Shown: in pieces, positions 15,809 through 23,974 of the stretch
How the letters are laid out: every line of letters starts with the position of its first letter
Position numbering within the stretch: the first letter of the stretch is position 1
Notes under the pieces: generated by a model
What the model was told of the DNA's origin: nothing
Seen by the model: the letters and a program-made list of their open reading frames with translations, nothing else
Database searches by the model: none
Program-made: the position numbers and the translations under genes
IMG/VR virus record: IMGVR_UViG_3300017913_003073
Coordinates: 1-25,547 of that record
DNA from: a virus
Taxonomy: Duplodnaviria > Caudoviricetes
Length of the DNA: 25,547 bases
Reading direction: 5' to 3' (one strand)

Positions 15809-16012
15809 TCATTTTTGACTCAATAGATGTGCCATGTCTATTTCTAGACGCTTTACTTTTTCCTGAAGTTCTTTGATAAGCATTCGGTCTGGTCGATGGT
15901 CGATACCTGCTTCAGCATCAGCCTCTCTAGACTTTCTTAACATATAGTCGTAGTATCCTTCCCGATTGACTGCTTCGTAAGAGGGATAGCCCTTTTCGAA
16001 TACCGGTTCCAT
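15809..16012 (-). CDS. Hypothetical protein with C-terminal coiled coil
   Basis: GAGG SD; overlaps the 3' end of the upstream gene. Confidence 0.6.
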   Translation of the reverse strand: MEPVFEKGYPSYEAVNREGYYDYMLRKSREADAEAGIDHRPDRMLIKELQEKVKRLEIDMAHLLSQK

Positions 16013-16362
16013 AGTTCCTCCTGTAATGTGTATGCTTCTATTTCGTGTTGACGTTCATAATAAGGCAGCGTGTCATCAAAAGGCACGTTTCTCTCACACT
16101 GGCGTACATGCACCATTTCATGAAAAAGTGCAGTAATAAAATCATCACGAGTTTGTTTAGGATTTATTTCGATTTCATGTGTGTACTTTTCTACGTGAAG
16201 ATGCCACGCACACGCAGAATCTCCAGTATCACACAAATGAATAGTGACGTCGAGTTTTTTCTTTCTCGGCATCAGTTCTTTCACGGCAAATTCGAATGCT
16301 TCGCGAATTTCTGTGTCAGGAACAGCAGGGCAATCGTCGCCGGTTATGTCCAAGTAAATCAT
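15937..16362 (-). CDS. Zincin-like metallopeptidase-domain protein
   Basis: ALFHEMVHVRQ (HExxH) followed by Y....HEIEAY. Confidence 0.8.
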   Translation of the reverse strand: MIYLDITGDDCPAVPDTEIREAFEFAVKELMPRKKKLDVTIHLCDTGDSACAWHLHVEKYTHEIEINPKQTRDDFITALFHEMVHVRQCERNVPFDDTLPYYERQHEIEAYTLQEELWNRYSKRAIPLTKQSIGKDTTTIC

Positions 16363-16367
16363 GATTT

Positions 16368-16396
16368 ATTATACCATAATTTTACCGGATTGTAAA
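16368..16396 (-). promoter_or_regulatory. Early promoter copy 4 (probably leaderless transcript)
   Basis: TTTACA-N17-TATAAT, then only AAATC before the ATG, with no SD. Confidence 0.75.
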
Positions 16397-16399
16397 CCC

Positions 16400-16993
16400 C
16401 TATTTAGGGGTAATGACTTCCACGTTGTCTGGAAGTTGAATCTTTGCTTCTTTATGCTTATGATATACGAAGAATTGAGTCTTCTTAAATTCATTGAAGA
16501 TGCCCTCCGTAATAGGACGCCAGTTGTTGGCAAGGCGGAATGTGTTTTCCGCGTTTCTATTCGAAGACAGTACAAAATCTGTTGTGCTGATCAAGTTAAA
16601 GTCAAAGATAGAGTCAAATCCATAGAGGTGGATTTCCTCAGCATTTAGCCTGTTACAGGCATAGTGTGTAGCCATGTGACCACAATTAAAGTCAGTATAG
16701 TTCTTTGCATATTTAGGTAAATCGAGGTAAAACTCTTTCACTCTTGGTGCGTATTTCATATAAAAGCTTGGATTGCCTTCCATATATTTCTTAGGCCTTG
16801 CGCCCATAACCCAGTCGAGCATGTTTAGGTTTACACTACCTTCATGAATAGCTCTACACATCTTAAAGTCAACAATACATGTAGCATATACGTTTTGAAT
16901 CTCACGTGGTGGTAGATTACACGTCAGCTTAAGTCCCTTTGCCGGCTGATAAAAGTTATGTGAATCACCATTTCCAATAATATGTACCTTCAT
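16400..16993 (-). CDS. Sialyltransferase/MAF(DUF115)-like glycosyltransferase-fold protein
   Basis: HIIGNGDS...CN...NCGHMA..YA....AEEIHLYGFD pattern. Confidence 0.6.
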   Translation of the reverse strand: MKVHIIGNGDSHNFYQPAKGLKLTCNLPPREIQNVYATCIVDFKMCRAIHEGSVNLNMLDWVMGARPKKYMEGNPSFYMKYAPRVKEFYLDLPKYAKNYTDFNCGHMATHYACNRLNAEEIHLYGFDSIFDFNLISTTDFVLSSNRNAENTFRLANNWRPITEGIFNEFKKTQFFVYHKHKEAKIQLPDNVEVITPK

Positions 16994-17661
16994 TGTGCCA
17001 TCAATTCCCTGATCTTATCCTTGCCTTTACGACCTGTCCAATGGATGCCTCTCACATCCTTATCTAGTTTAGCACCATCTACGAAAAGCAACCGCATCCA
17101 GTTGAACTTTTGTGGTGCATCTGTAATATATATCGCCTTCCTTAGCGGATCCATATGTGCATGCAATGTTTCTTGATCTCCTCGGACAGGCTTTTCATGA
17201 CACAGTTGAGCCCATTCACGTAAGATTGGAGGCTTGTCTCTAAATGCTACAATTCCAGAATTATGCCATTGCTGGCCACTGCGCTTTGACCAAGGTTTAT
17301 CCTCTACCATACACAGCTTCTGGTCTTCTACATAATTAAAAATTTCTTCCATGTCGCCTCGGATCTCAAAGTCAGTGTCAATCCAGCATACTTCTTTGTA
17401 TGGCGTACCAAGCATCGCGCTCGGCTTGAGAAACCACCCTTGGCCCATTTCTCTGTCCATTTGACCAATGGAATGAAACTCTTTCGAAGCTACTGCCCAT
17501 TCCATCATCTTGTCAGACATGCCAAAATCTGCTAGCGACATCTTAACTGTAGGGTTATGCTTACGAAAACCCTCTACAAACCAAGGCAACATCCATTCTG
17601 TTTTTTCATCACAACCTGTAAGAAAGGCTCTATCAAACTGGCTCAATTTTATATCCCTCAT
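16990..17661 (-). CDS. GT-A fold glycosyltransferase (GT8/GT77-like); start 17661 or TTG 17646
   Basis: WFLKP, WIDTD (DxD), NSGIVAF, GDQE.L and HWTG..GK motifs. Confidence 0.8.
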   Translation of the reverse strand: MRDIKLSQFDRAFLTGCDEKTEWMLPWFVEGFRKHNPTVKMSLADFGMSDKMMEWAVASKEFHSIGQMDREMGQGWFLKPSAMLGTPYKEVCWIDTDFEIRGDMEEIFNYVEDQKLCMVEDKPWSKRSGQQWHNSGIVAFRDKPPILREWAQLCHEKPVRGDQETLHAHMDPLRKAIYITDAPQKFNWMRLLFVDGAKLDKDVRGIHWTGRKGKDKIRELMAQ

Positions 17662-18298
17662 TATAATTGTGTTTTGCCTGGCATCCCAATTCGTTTTGAA
17701 TAGTAGTAAAGTAATCCCTAGCTTCATGTGTCCAAGGATACAGCTCTTCAAGGAAAGGGAACCTGTCAAGGTTCAAGAAAACGTCGGTAGGAGCAGCACC
17801 GTGTACCTGAGCATGATTGACCACTGTTCTAGCTCCGGCCGGCTTTACTGCATAGGCATGAGCACCAGGGAAATATCTCTTTGAATGTAGTGGACCTGAC
17901 CCCATCACCATTGGTGTTCTGAAACGTCCATAGCTAGGTTTACCCATAGACATGAACTGTTTGAATCCCCACCCAGCTCTAATCGATTCTGGCAGTGGCA
18001 TAACCTGTACAGCATCATGTTCAAATATCATCATAGGCTCATTTATTTCAAGGCACTTTTGCCATAGAGAAAAATGAGAAAGAAATGCTGCGGCACAGTT
18101 TTCATTACGAGAATACTTTTCAATGAGAGCTTCTGTCGGAACCTTACGTTCTTTCAGTATCTCAAATGGATTGTCTTTTGGCGTATATGCCTCAAACTTC
18201 TCTACAATCTCACCAAACTTTTCTGCCTCGCGAATGCAACGGTCTGCTGCTTCAACAGATTTAGCATTATCCATTATTGTAATTACGAATGATCTCAT
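17633..18298 (-). CDS. Glycosyltransferase family 25
   Basis: AAFLSHFSLW, MIFEHDA, GAHAYAV.P.GA and P.D.FL motifs. Confidence 0.88.
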   Translation of the reverse strand: MRSFVITIMDNAKSVEAADRCIREAEKFGEIVEKFEAYTPKDNPFEILKERKVPTEALIEKYSRNENCAAAFLSHFSLWQKCLEINEPMMIFEHDAVQVMPLPESIRAGWGFKQFMSMGKPSYGRFRTPMVMGSGPLHSKRYFPGAHAYAVKPAGARTVVNHAQVHGAAPTDVFLNLDRFPFLEELYPWTHEARDYFTTIQNELGCQAKHNYNEGYKIEPV

Positions 18299-18990
18299 AG
18301 CGTTGTAGTAGAAGGTGTCCTTTGCACCACGGTGTAGTATTCTCTAGTCTGCCCAATACCCTTAAAGTTCTGATAACACAGAAGAGCATCATTTGGCCAG
18401 ATTCCGATGTTCTTAATCAACTCACATGCTTCTGCGGCCAGATCAGGTTTAATTATGTATGCACTATTTCCAGCCAACCCTTGAGGAATATCATATTCAT
18501 CAACCTTTGGCACAGGTCCAATAGTATTCTTAAATCCTTGAACAGTGTCGTGATAGACTTGAGATCTACGAGTTGCACCTCTTGGATCGTTAATTCCAAC
18601 CAAGTTATAGTTGGAGCTTATAATCACATCAGGATCTAGTCTTTGCACAAACACTGCATCATGTTCAAGGATAAGCATTGGTTCTTTGGTTTGAGCAACC
18701 TCTTTCCAAAGCGTCCAATGAGAAAGGAAGCATGCAATTCTCTTGTTAGGATCAACCGTTGGATATGCAGTCAGCTTTAGGCCTGTTGCAAAATCAACTC
18801 TACCACCTTCCAATGGATATGTCCATTGTAGCATATTGCTATTCATAAGATGAGGAACTTGATCTGGAGTTATAGCGTCAAACACTTCAAGATCGAACTC
18901 ATTGCCGACTCTCTTATGTGACTCAATACACTTCTTCGAAGCATTCTCTGATACGCTGTTTCCAGCGATTGTAATTATTTTTGCTTTCAT
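18295..18990 (-). CDS. Glycosyltransferase family 25
   Basis: FDAI, ACFLSHWTLW, LILEHDA, GNSAYIIKP and WPNDA motifs. Confidence 0.88.
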   Translation of the reverse strand: MKAKIITIAGNSVSENASKKCIESHKRVGNEFDLEVFDAITPDQVPHLMNSNMLQWTYPLEGGRVDFATGLKLTAYPTVDPNKRIACFLSHWTLWKEVAQTKEPMLILEHDAVFVQRLDPDVIISSNYNLVGINDPRGATRRSQVYHDTVQGFKNTIGPVPKVDEYDIPQGLAGNSAYIIKPDLAAEACELIKNIGIWPNDALLCYQNFKGIGQTREYYTVVQRTPSTTTL

Positions 18991-19604
18991 GTCAACCTAA
19001 TAATGTAGCTATCTGGTTCGCCTGTTACAGAACGCAGGTCGAATCTTTCAATTTTCATTTTTGACCGGTCCAAAGCTTGTAGGAACTGCTCATTCTTAAA
19101 TGCATTGTAGTCTTTTAGATTACGCTGCACCCAAGGATGTCCTAGCTCTTCGAGAGTCATCTTTTCTAATGGCCATACGTCTTCAATAAAGTACTGGCCA
19201 CCTTCTGCAAGGAAAGGCTTGAGGTGATTGAACGTAAGCATGTTTGCTTCCGGTGTATGCTTACCATCATCAATAATAATGTCAAACTTGATCTGACCAA
19301 ACTCGCCATGAACCTGTGGTCCAACGGCAGCATTGGTTGAGTCTGCTTTCATAAGATGAGATCTTTCTAGTCCATAAGGTTCAATCTCATTCTTACGTGT
19401 ACGAGTAAAGATGTCTAATCCATAGATGTCTGCATTCGGAAAGTAATCCAAATGAGCCAGCATGCTGTGGCCTTTCCAAACACCAACTTCAAGAATCTTC
19501 AGGGCGTCTTCACGAATAGGTTCAAAGAACTTTTCATAGACTGTATCGTATCGATGCTTTTTAGACTTGTCGCATCCATACTTATCAAATAAGCTTCCCA
19601 GCAT
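18987..19604 (-). CDS. Class I SAM-dependent (sugar O-)methyltransferase-like protein
   Basis: DK...H.Y...YE, ILEVGV..G.S, YFPNA.IYGLDI, FDIIIDDG.H and GG.Y.IED motifs. Confidence 0.85.
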   Translation of the reverse strand: MLGSLFDKYGCDKSKKHRYDTVYEKFFEPIREDALKILEVGVWKGHSMLAHLDYFPNADIYGLDIFTRTRKNEIEPYGLERSHLMKADSTNAAVGPQVHGEFGQIKFDIIIDDGKHTPEANMLTFNHLKPFLAEGGQYFIEDVWPLEKMTLEELGHPWVQRNLKDYNAFKNEQFLQALDRSKMKIERFDLRSVTGEPDSYIIRLT

Positions 19605-19613
19605 TATGTACTC

Positions 19614-20009
19614 CTATTTCTTGAAGCTTAGCGATTGCTGCTTACCTTCATACGTAAATGTAATGGTGCTATGAGAGTAAATGGTTTGTTGCTCTTCTTC
19701 ATAGCGTGTTTCAGTTCGACACTGTGGTCCTTTATCTTTATTTCTTTCTGTATTTAGCACACCACCAAGAAAGGCTCCAAGAGCTCCGCCGTTCTCTTCA
19801 CCTGGGATGTTATTACCAATAGCACCACCTACAATGGCGCCTTCAAGAAAGTTGGTGATATCTGACTTGTTGTTACCGTTACCTTGAGTACACACCTCAA
19901 CGGTGTATGGCTTTTGCACAATTACAGTCTTGTAGTGATCTGTAATGTTTTGTGCATACGCTGTGGTCGACAGCAAAATAAGACCAGTTGCAATGATCAA
20001 AGTTTTCAT
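19614..20009 (-). CDS. Glycine-zipper 2TM domain exported protein
   Basis: Signal peptide (AYA) and GAIVGGAIG...GGALGAFLGG flanked by Cys. Confidence 0.8.
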   Translation of the reverse strand: MKTLIIATGLILLSTTAYAQNITDHYKTVIVQKPYTVEVCTQGNGNNKSDITNFLEGAIVGGAIGNNIPGEENGGALGAFLGGVLNTERNKDKGPQCRTETRYEEEQQTIYSHSTITFTYEGKQQSLSFKK

Positions 20010-20012
20010 AAT

Positions 20013-20714
20013 TTATTTCCTCCAATAATTTTTTTGTGCTGCGGTGTCGAAGTCAAATCCCCAATAATCAATATCTGCCTTATACCAGTCAGCAATGATT
20101 TGAATTGTCTTATCGTTATATAGGTCCCGATAAGTACCTTTGTTTAGAGCTGTGACATTGCGAGCTCTAGTCATTTTAGGGATTCCAAAGTAAGCTTCAA
20201 GATCTGAGTTTAGATGTTCAAATCTAAGAATGTCGCACTTAACAGTACCAGCGTCATCAACGACATGATCAAGTGCCGGGTACCAGCCTCTAACTGCGCG
20301 ATGCCACATGTAAGGTTCACCACCCCACTTATGACGCTCTTCAAGAAATGCTTCAAATGAGCTAACATCTGCATAAGAAGGATCAACCTTTTGTTCGACT
20401 TCAATTACTTTCTTCGCAAAAAAATACCTGCTAACAACGCGATCCCAGGGATTCCTAGCCACAGCAAAAGCGTCAAAGGAGTTTCTGTAATCTTTACGAA
20501 GATCTCGCCATCGAGCATGCTCAGCCCCGTGATGGTCATTTGTTTTCCTCATTTGTTCCATTAGTCCGCTTGTGTACGATGGACTGATATGTTTACTAGA
20601 ATCGTTTACCCAAATCTTTTGACCAAGCCCATGACGAATTGTCATGCCTGCATTCTTAGGAATGTGAACAAAGATTTTACGTGACAAGGTGGACAAGCTC
20701 ATCGAAATTTTCAC
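20013..20714 (-). CDS. Sulfotransferase family 2 (true start likely a few codons downstream)
   Basis: 5'-PSB motif FVHIPKNAG.TI, 3'-PB motif RNPWDRVVSRY, ILRFE.L..D and Y..D...WGF.F. Confidence 0.88.
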   Translation of the reverse strand: MKISMSLSTLSRKIFVHIPKNAGMTIRHGLGQKIWVNDSSKHISPSYTSGLMEQMRKTNDHHGAEHARWRDLRKDYRNSFDAFAVARNPWDRVVSRYFFAKKVIEVEQKVDPSYADVSSFEAFLEERHKWGGEPYMWHRAVRGWYPALDHVVDDAGTVKCDILRFEHLNSDLEAYFGIPKMTRARNVTALNKGTYRDLYNDKTIQIIADWYKADIDYWGFDFDTAAQKNYWRK

Positions 20715-21456
20715 CCTTCATTGGTAGTTTATCTTTCAAAAAGAAATGCACGAAATGGCAATCTTTAATCTTGGTATTGGCTGTATATAGGCCATTCCAT
20801 TTCCAGTCCATGTGCTGAACTTTCATGTTCTGCTCTTTCACCCAGAAGTTCAGAAGTGTCTGGTCTGTTGACCACTTCCACGCTCCCTTTCCATCAACAA
20901 AGTCTTTGAACTTGGACTGCTCAATAAACTCTTTTGGTGACTTGCCTTTCAGGTAATCTTTAATGCTACTATTGAGAAGCATAAGACCCATGTTGAAAAA
21001 CTCGAAACCAAGATTATTAGGTTTGAAATCGATGAACTGCGCAAGATCGCGATACTGCATAGCAGAATAGTTGCGAATCTTTTGCTGATATTTTTCGGTG
21101 ATTGGCATTTCTCTTTCTACCACCCCACCGAAGTCGACATCATCGTTGAATGCTTCAAAGATATTCGGAGCATTGGGTCGAATCCAGATGTCTGAGTCTA
21201 CAATAGCTATCTTGTCATATTTGTCAAGATAGTCAAATGCGTTTTCTTTTTCGTAAATAGGAAGATAGCCTAACCTCTCCACAGCCTCTCTTGAGCGATT
21301 GGTTGAGAAGGGGTCAGGCCTTATCATAAGTTTTGGTACTGTTTGAATTATGTGGTCTATATCATACTTTTTACAGTAGCTTTTTACAGAATTGATACAA
21401 CCATCATATAGTCGTGAACCTTTTCCAACGTTCACTTGATAAATCATAGTTTTCAT
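20677..21456 (-). CDS. GT-A fold glycosyltransferase (GT8-like)
   Basis: IAIVDSDIWI...APNIF, FFNMG.ML, DQTLLN, WNGL and FVHFF motifs. Confidence 0.85.
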   Translation of the reverse strand: MKTMIYQVNVGKGSRLYDGCINSVKSYCKKYDIDHIIQTVPKLMIRPDPFSTNRSREAVERLGYLPIYEKENAFDYLDKYDKIAIVDSDIWIRPNAPNIFEAFNDDVDFGGVVEREMPITEKYQQKIRNYSAMQYRDLAQFIDFKPNNLGFEFFNMGLMLLNSSIKDYLKGKSPKEFIEQSKFKDFVDGKGAWKWSTDQTLLNFWVKEQNMKVQHMDWKWNGLYTANTKIKDCHFVHFFLKDKLPMKGENFDELVHLVT

Positions 21457-21647
21457 TATGTTTCAATCGCATCCTTTTGTTTGCACACATATTGAATTGA
21501 GTCCCAATCACCATCAGGTGGTAACTCTATATATTGTACAAGCACAGTTTCACACTCTTTCTGTGATTCAAACCACTGAACATCCTGTGTAAAACACTGT
21601 CCGCTAGAGCAGACTGTCAACAATATGTGCCAAATTGCTTCAATCAT
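21456..21647 (-). CDS. Small Cys-rich hypothetical protein
   Basis: 63 aa, hydrophobic N-terminus, four Cys, coupled. Confidence 0.7.
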   Translation of the reverse strand: MIEAIWHILLTVCSSGQCFTQDVQWFESQKECETVLVQYIELPPDGDWDSIQYVCKQKDAIET

Positions 21648-21970
21648 TTCCTACTATTACTCATCCAAGCAGCAGCACCGAAGTAAGCACCGACGACACC
21701 AGCTTGTGCAATATAAAACAATCCGAGTAAGTCAGCCAAAGCTGTTACTCTTTCGTCACTCATCATAGGTGTAAACAGAACCACAGTAAAGATAAGCATT
21801 GAGACCATTGCGATCCAAGCCATCTTTTTCTGCGCTTCTGCTTTCTCTTCTCGCAACTCCAGCTCAAGCATTTCTTTTGACTTTGTCAATTCTTCATCGC
21901 TCACTACGCCATCGCCATCTAAATCATATTCGTTATACTTTGAACCGGGTTGCAATGATTTCTTGACCAT
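21644..21970 (-). CDS. EF-hand plus two-TM membrane protein
   Basis: DLDGDGVVSDEE canonical 12-residue loop, then two hydrophobic helices; AGGAGG SD. Confidence 0.75.
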   Translation of the reverse strand: MVKKSLQPGSKYNEYDLDGDGVVSDEELTKSKEMLELELREEKAEAQKKMAWIAMVSMLIFTVVLFTPMMSDERVTALADLLGLFYIAQAGVVGAYFGAAAWMSNSRK

Positions 21971-21993
21971 TGCATCCTCCTTTGGTTACAATA

Positions 21994-22545
21994 TTATGTA
22001 TAACCTTTATAGAACTCAATCGCTTCAGGCAGTGCACCAGATAACAAATATTCGACATAATCATCTTTATCTGCTTGGAACCGGATACCGATACCACCAT
22101 TGTCGATCCAACGCTTGATGTTATCAGGCTTGTCATCGATAAGAATGTTTGGAGTACCTTTCAGTTTACAGCGAGCATACTTATGCTTGTTGCCAGTGAA
22201 GATAAGATTTTCCATATCTTCTGGCAGCCATCCACGATCCTGTAGCCAGACTCGCTTCCAGTATGCTGAGTTGTGCATATCACCGCGAAGAGGTGATGAG
22301 CAGATACCCCAACCCATACCAGCTTGTTGAGCAATCAACCGAGTTTCTTCGACAATAGTCTTTGAAACGTTTGTATCGCCGTCCATAAACTCTGGTAGCT
22401 GGTTAAAGAAATCGGTGTTATGTAAATCAATCAAGGTTTTTTTTTTTTTTTTTATTGACTTCCAATGATCGGCGCCGCAGCTGTCAGCCCAGAAGCCGAA
22501 GAAGTCTGCAATAACGCCGTCCATGTCTAGATAAATGTTTGCCAT
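21994..22545 (-). CDS. 5'(3')-deoxyribonucleotidase (NT5C, HAD family; start revised to MANIYLD)
   Basis: IYLDMDGVIADF, ICSSP, K..WL and ILIDD...NI..W...GG.GI motifs. Confidence 0.92.
   Translation of the reverse strand: MANIYLDMDGVIADFFGFWADSCGADHWKSIKKKKKTLIDLHNTDFFNQLPEFMDGDTNVSKTIVEETRLIAQQAGMGWGICSSPLRGDMHNSAYWKRVWLQDRGWLPEDMENLIFTGNKHKYARCKLKGTPNILIDDKPDNIKRWIDNGGIGIRFQADKDDYVEYLLSGALPEAIEFYKGYT
22437..22453. repeat. 17-nt T/A homopolymer inside the nucleotidase gene
   Basis: T17 on the plus strand; encodes KKKKK in frame. Confidence 0.9.
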
Positions 22546-22748
22546 TAAGCAGTCTCCTTCTTTACCCAAGTTTCAAAGTTTACACCGGACCAAACATAAC
22601 CTTGGTCTCGCTTATAGACTTCATATGCTTGAAGAACTTTAACTGTTTCATCAAAACCATTGTCAAGCATTTCAACTAACTCATCAACAGTCTTACCATA
22701 AAATTCTGCACGTTTGTTTAGAATTGTCATTGCACCTTTTATTTGCAT
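22545..22748 (-). CDS. Hypothetical early protein
   Basis: Coupled ORF, 67 aa. Confidence 0.7.
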   Translation of the reverse strand: MQIKGAMTILNKRAEFYGKTVDELVEMLDNGFDETVKVLQAYEVYKRDQGYVWSGVNFETWVKKETA

Positions 22749-22993
22749 GCTTTTGCCCTCGCTGCATCAAGAATTGAATTATAGCTAGTTGGATCAGTTT
22801 GCTCCCATACATCCAGTGGAGCAAGGCCAGACTGGCGCATTTCGCGGTATGATTGAGGAGTCAGACCAGATTTGATTAAGAACTTCTTGAACTTCGCTTT
22901 AGTGAAAGGACCACTATACTTGAAGCGAGCTACAATCTCACCTTCATAGCGAAGATATTCAGAATCGTTCGAGAAGAGTTCTTTGTGAAACAT
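22739..22993 (-). CDS. Hypothetical early protein (start revised to MFHKELF)
   Basis: First gene after a promoter cassette, GGAAGG SD; VARFKY.GP.TKAKF.KFL motif. Confidence 0.7.
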   Translation of the reverse strand: MFHKELFSNDSEYLRYEGEIVARFKYSGPFTKAKFKKFLIKSGLTPQSYREMRQSGLAPLDVWEQTDPTSYNSILDAARAKACK

Positions 22994-23025
22994 AATTTTT
23001 CCTTCCATTTCCATTTTATAGATCT

Positions 23026-23054
23026 ATTATACACCATTTCTTCTCAATTGTAAA
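23026..23054 (-). promoter_or_regulatory. Early promoter cassette copy 5
   Basis: TTTACA-N17-TATAAT; palindrome AAAAATGCATTTTT at 23059-23072; leader AGATCTATAAAATGGAAATGGAAGGAAA. Confidence 0.85.
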
Positions 23055-23067
23055 CCATAAAAATGCA

Positions 23068-23107
23068 TTTTTTTCACTTTTTTTCACTTTTTTTCACTCT
23101 TTTTTCA
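23068..23107. repeat. 10-bp tandem repeat (TTTTTTTCAC)x~4
   Basis: TTTTTTTCAC three times plus TCTTTTTTCA, directly upstream of promoter copy 5. Confidence 0.9.
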
Positions 23108-23974
23108 TTAGATGACAAGCCCTTGTTTGACCATATCCATAGGATGAACCTTATTAGTCCACTTGTTAGTAGACCAAGTCTGTCCATCAAAGTCAATCCA
23201 AGGTGACCATCCAATGACGATGGCTGTACGATTCATGGAAGGATTAGAATTAAAGTTCCATCTGTGAGGTTTATAGGTGTTGAAATGGTAAGCATATCCT
23301 GGCTCAAAAAACATCTTAGTGCCAGTCTTGAACTCGATAAAATAGTCCTCATCATATGAGATAGGAATGAGTAGTCTAGACAGCATTTCATTTGGCTCAT
23401 CGGTATGCCAAATAAACTCTTTGTCTTCTTCTTTCAAAAGATGGCCTACATCTTTACCACGAATCATTGCCACTCTACCCTGAAACATAGGCCTCTTTAC
23501 AGCATCCATAACGTGCTTTATAGATCTATACGACGCAATGTCAGTTGGAACTCTCATTCCAAAGTAATCGTCGTAAGTGTTGAATCCTCTTATTTCGCCT
23601 TTAGTTTCTTCATAGTCTCGATTCCACACCAGGTTCTTCCACTCTTCGGGTGTCATATCCTTTGAGCCTCGAGGAGCACCAAAAGCTTGAGCATGAGCCG
23701 GCACTTTTAGCCTATAATCAGGATTCCAGTTTAAGCCACATCCTACGTAAAGAGGACTCCTATCCCAAGAAGTCTTTGATCTTTGAATCTTACCATAGTA
23801 GCCAAAGACACTATTAAGAGCTTCATCTACATCTTTCTCTAGTTCTTTCCAAGGTAGATCTACTGGAATCTTGATGTATTCATCAGTGCATTCAGGATAT
23901 CGCTCTTCAATGCCAAACTCAATCTTTAGCTGATGAGCTCTGGTTTTAGTTGGTAAGAAATCACTTTCATTCAT
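23108..23974 (-). CDS. Cupin/2OG-Fe(II) oxygenase-like protein (Asp/Asn beta-hydroxylase-like)
   Basis: WHTD (HxD), RLLIPI, EPGYAY.FNT.KPH and R.AIVI motifs. Confidence 0.65.
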   Translation of the reverse strand: MNESDFLPTKTRAHQLKIEFGIEERYPECTDEYIKIPVDLPWKELEKDVDEALNSVFGYYGKIQRSKTSWDRSPLYVGCGLNWNPDYRLKVPAHAQAFGAPRGSKDMTPEEWKNLVWNRDYEETKGEIRGFNTYDDYFGMRVPTDIASYRSIKHVMDAVKRPMFQGRVAMIRGKDVGHLLKEEDKEFIWHTDEPNEMLSRLLIPISYDEDYFIEFKTGTKMFFEPGYAYHFNTYKPHRWNFNSNPSMNRTAIVIGWSPWIDFDGQTWSTNKWTNKVHPMDMVKQGLVI

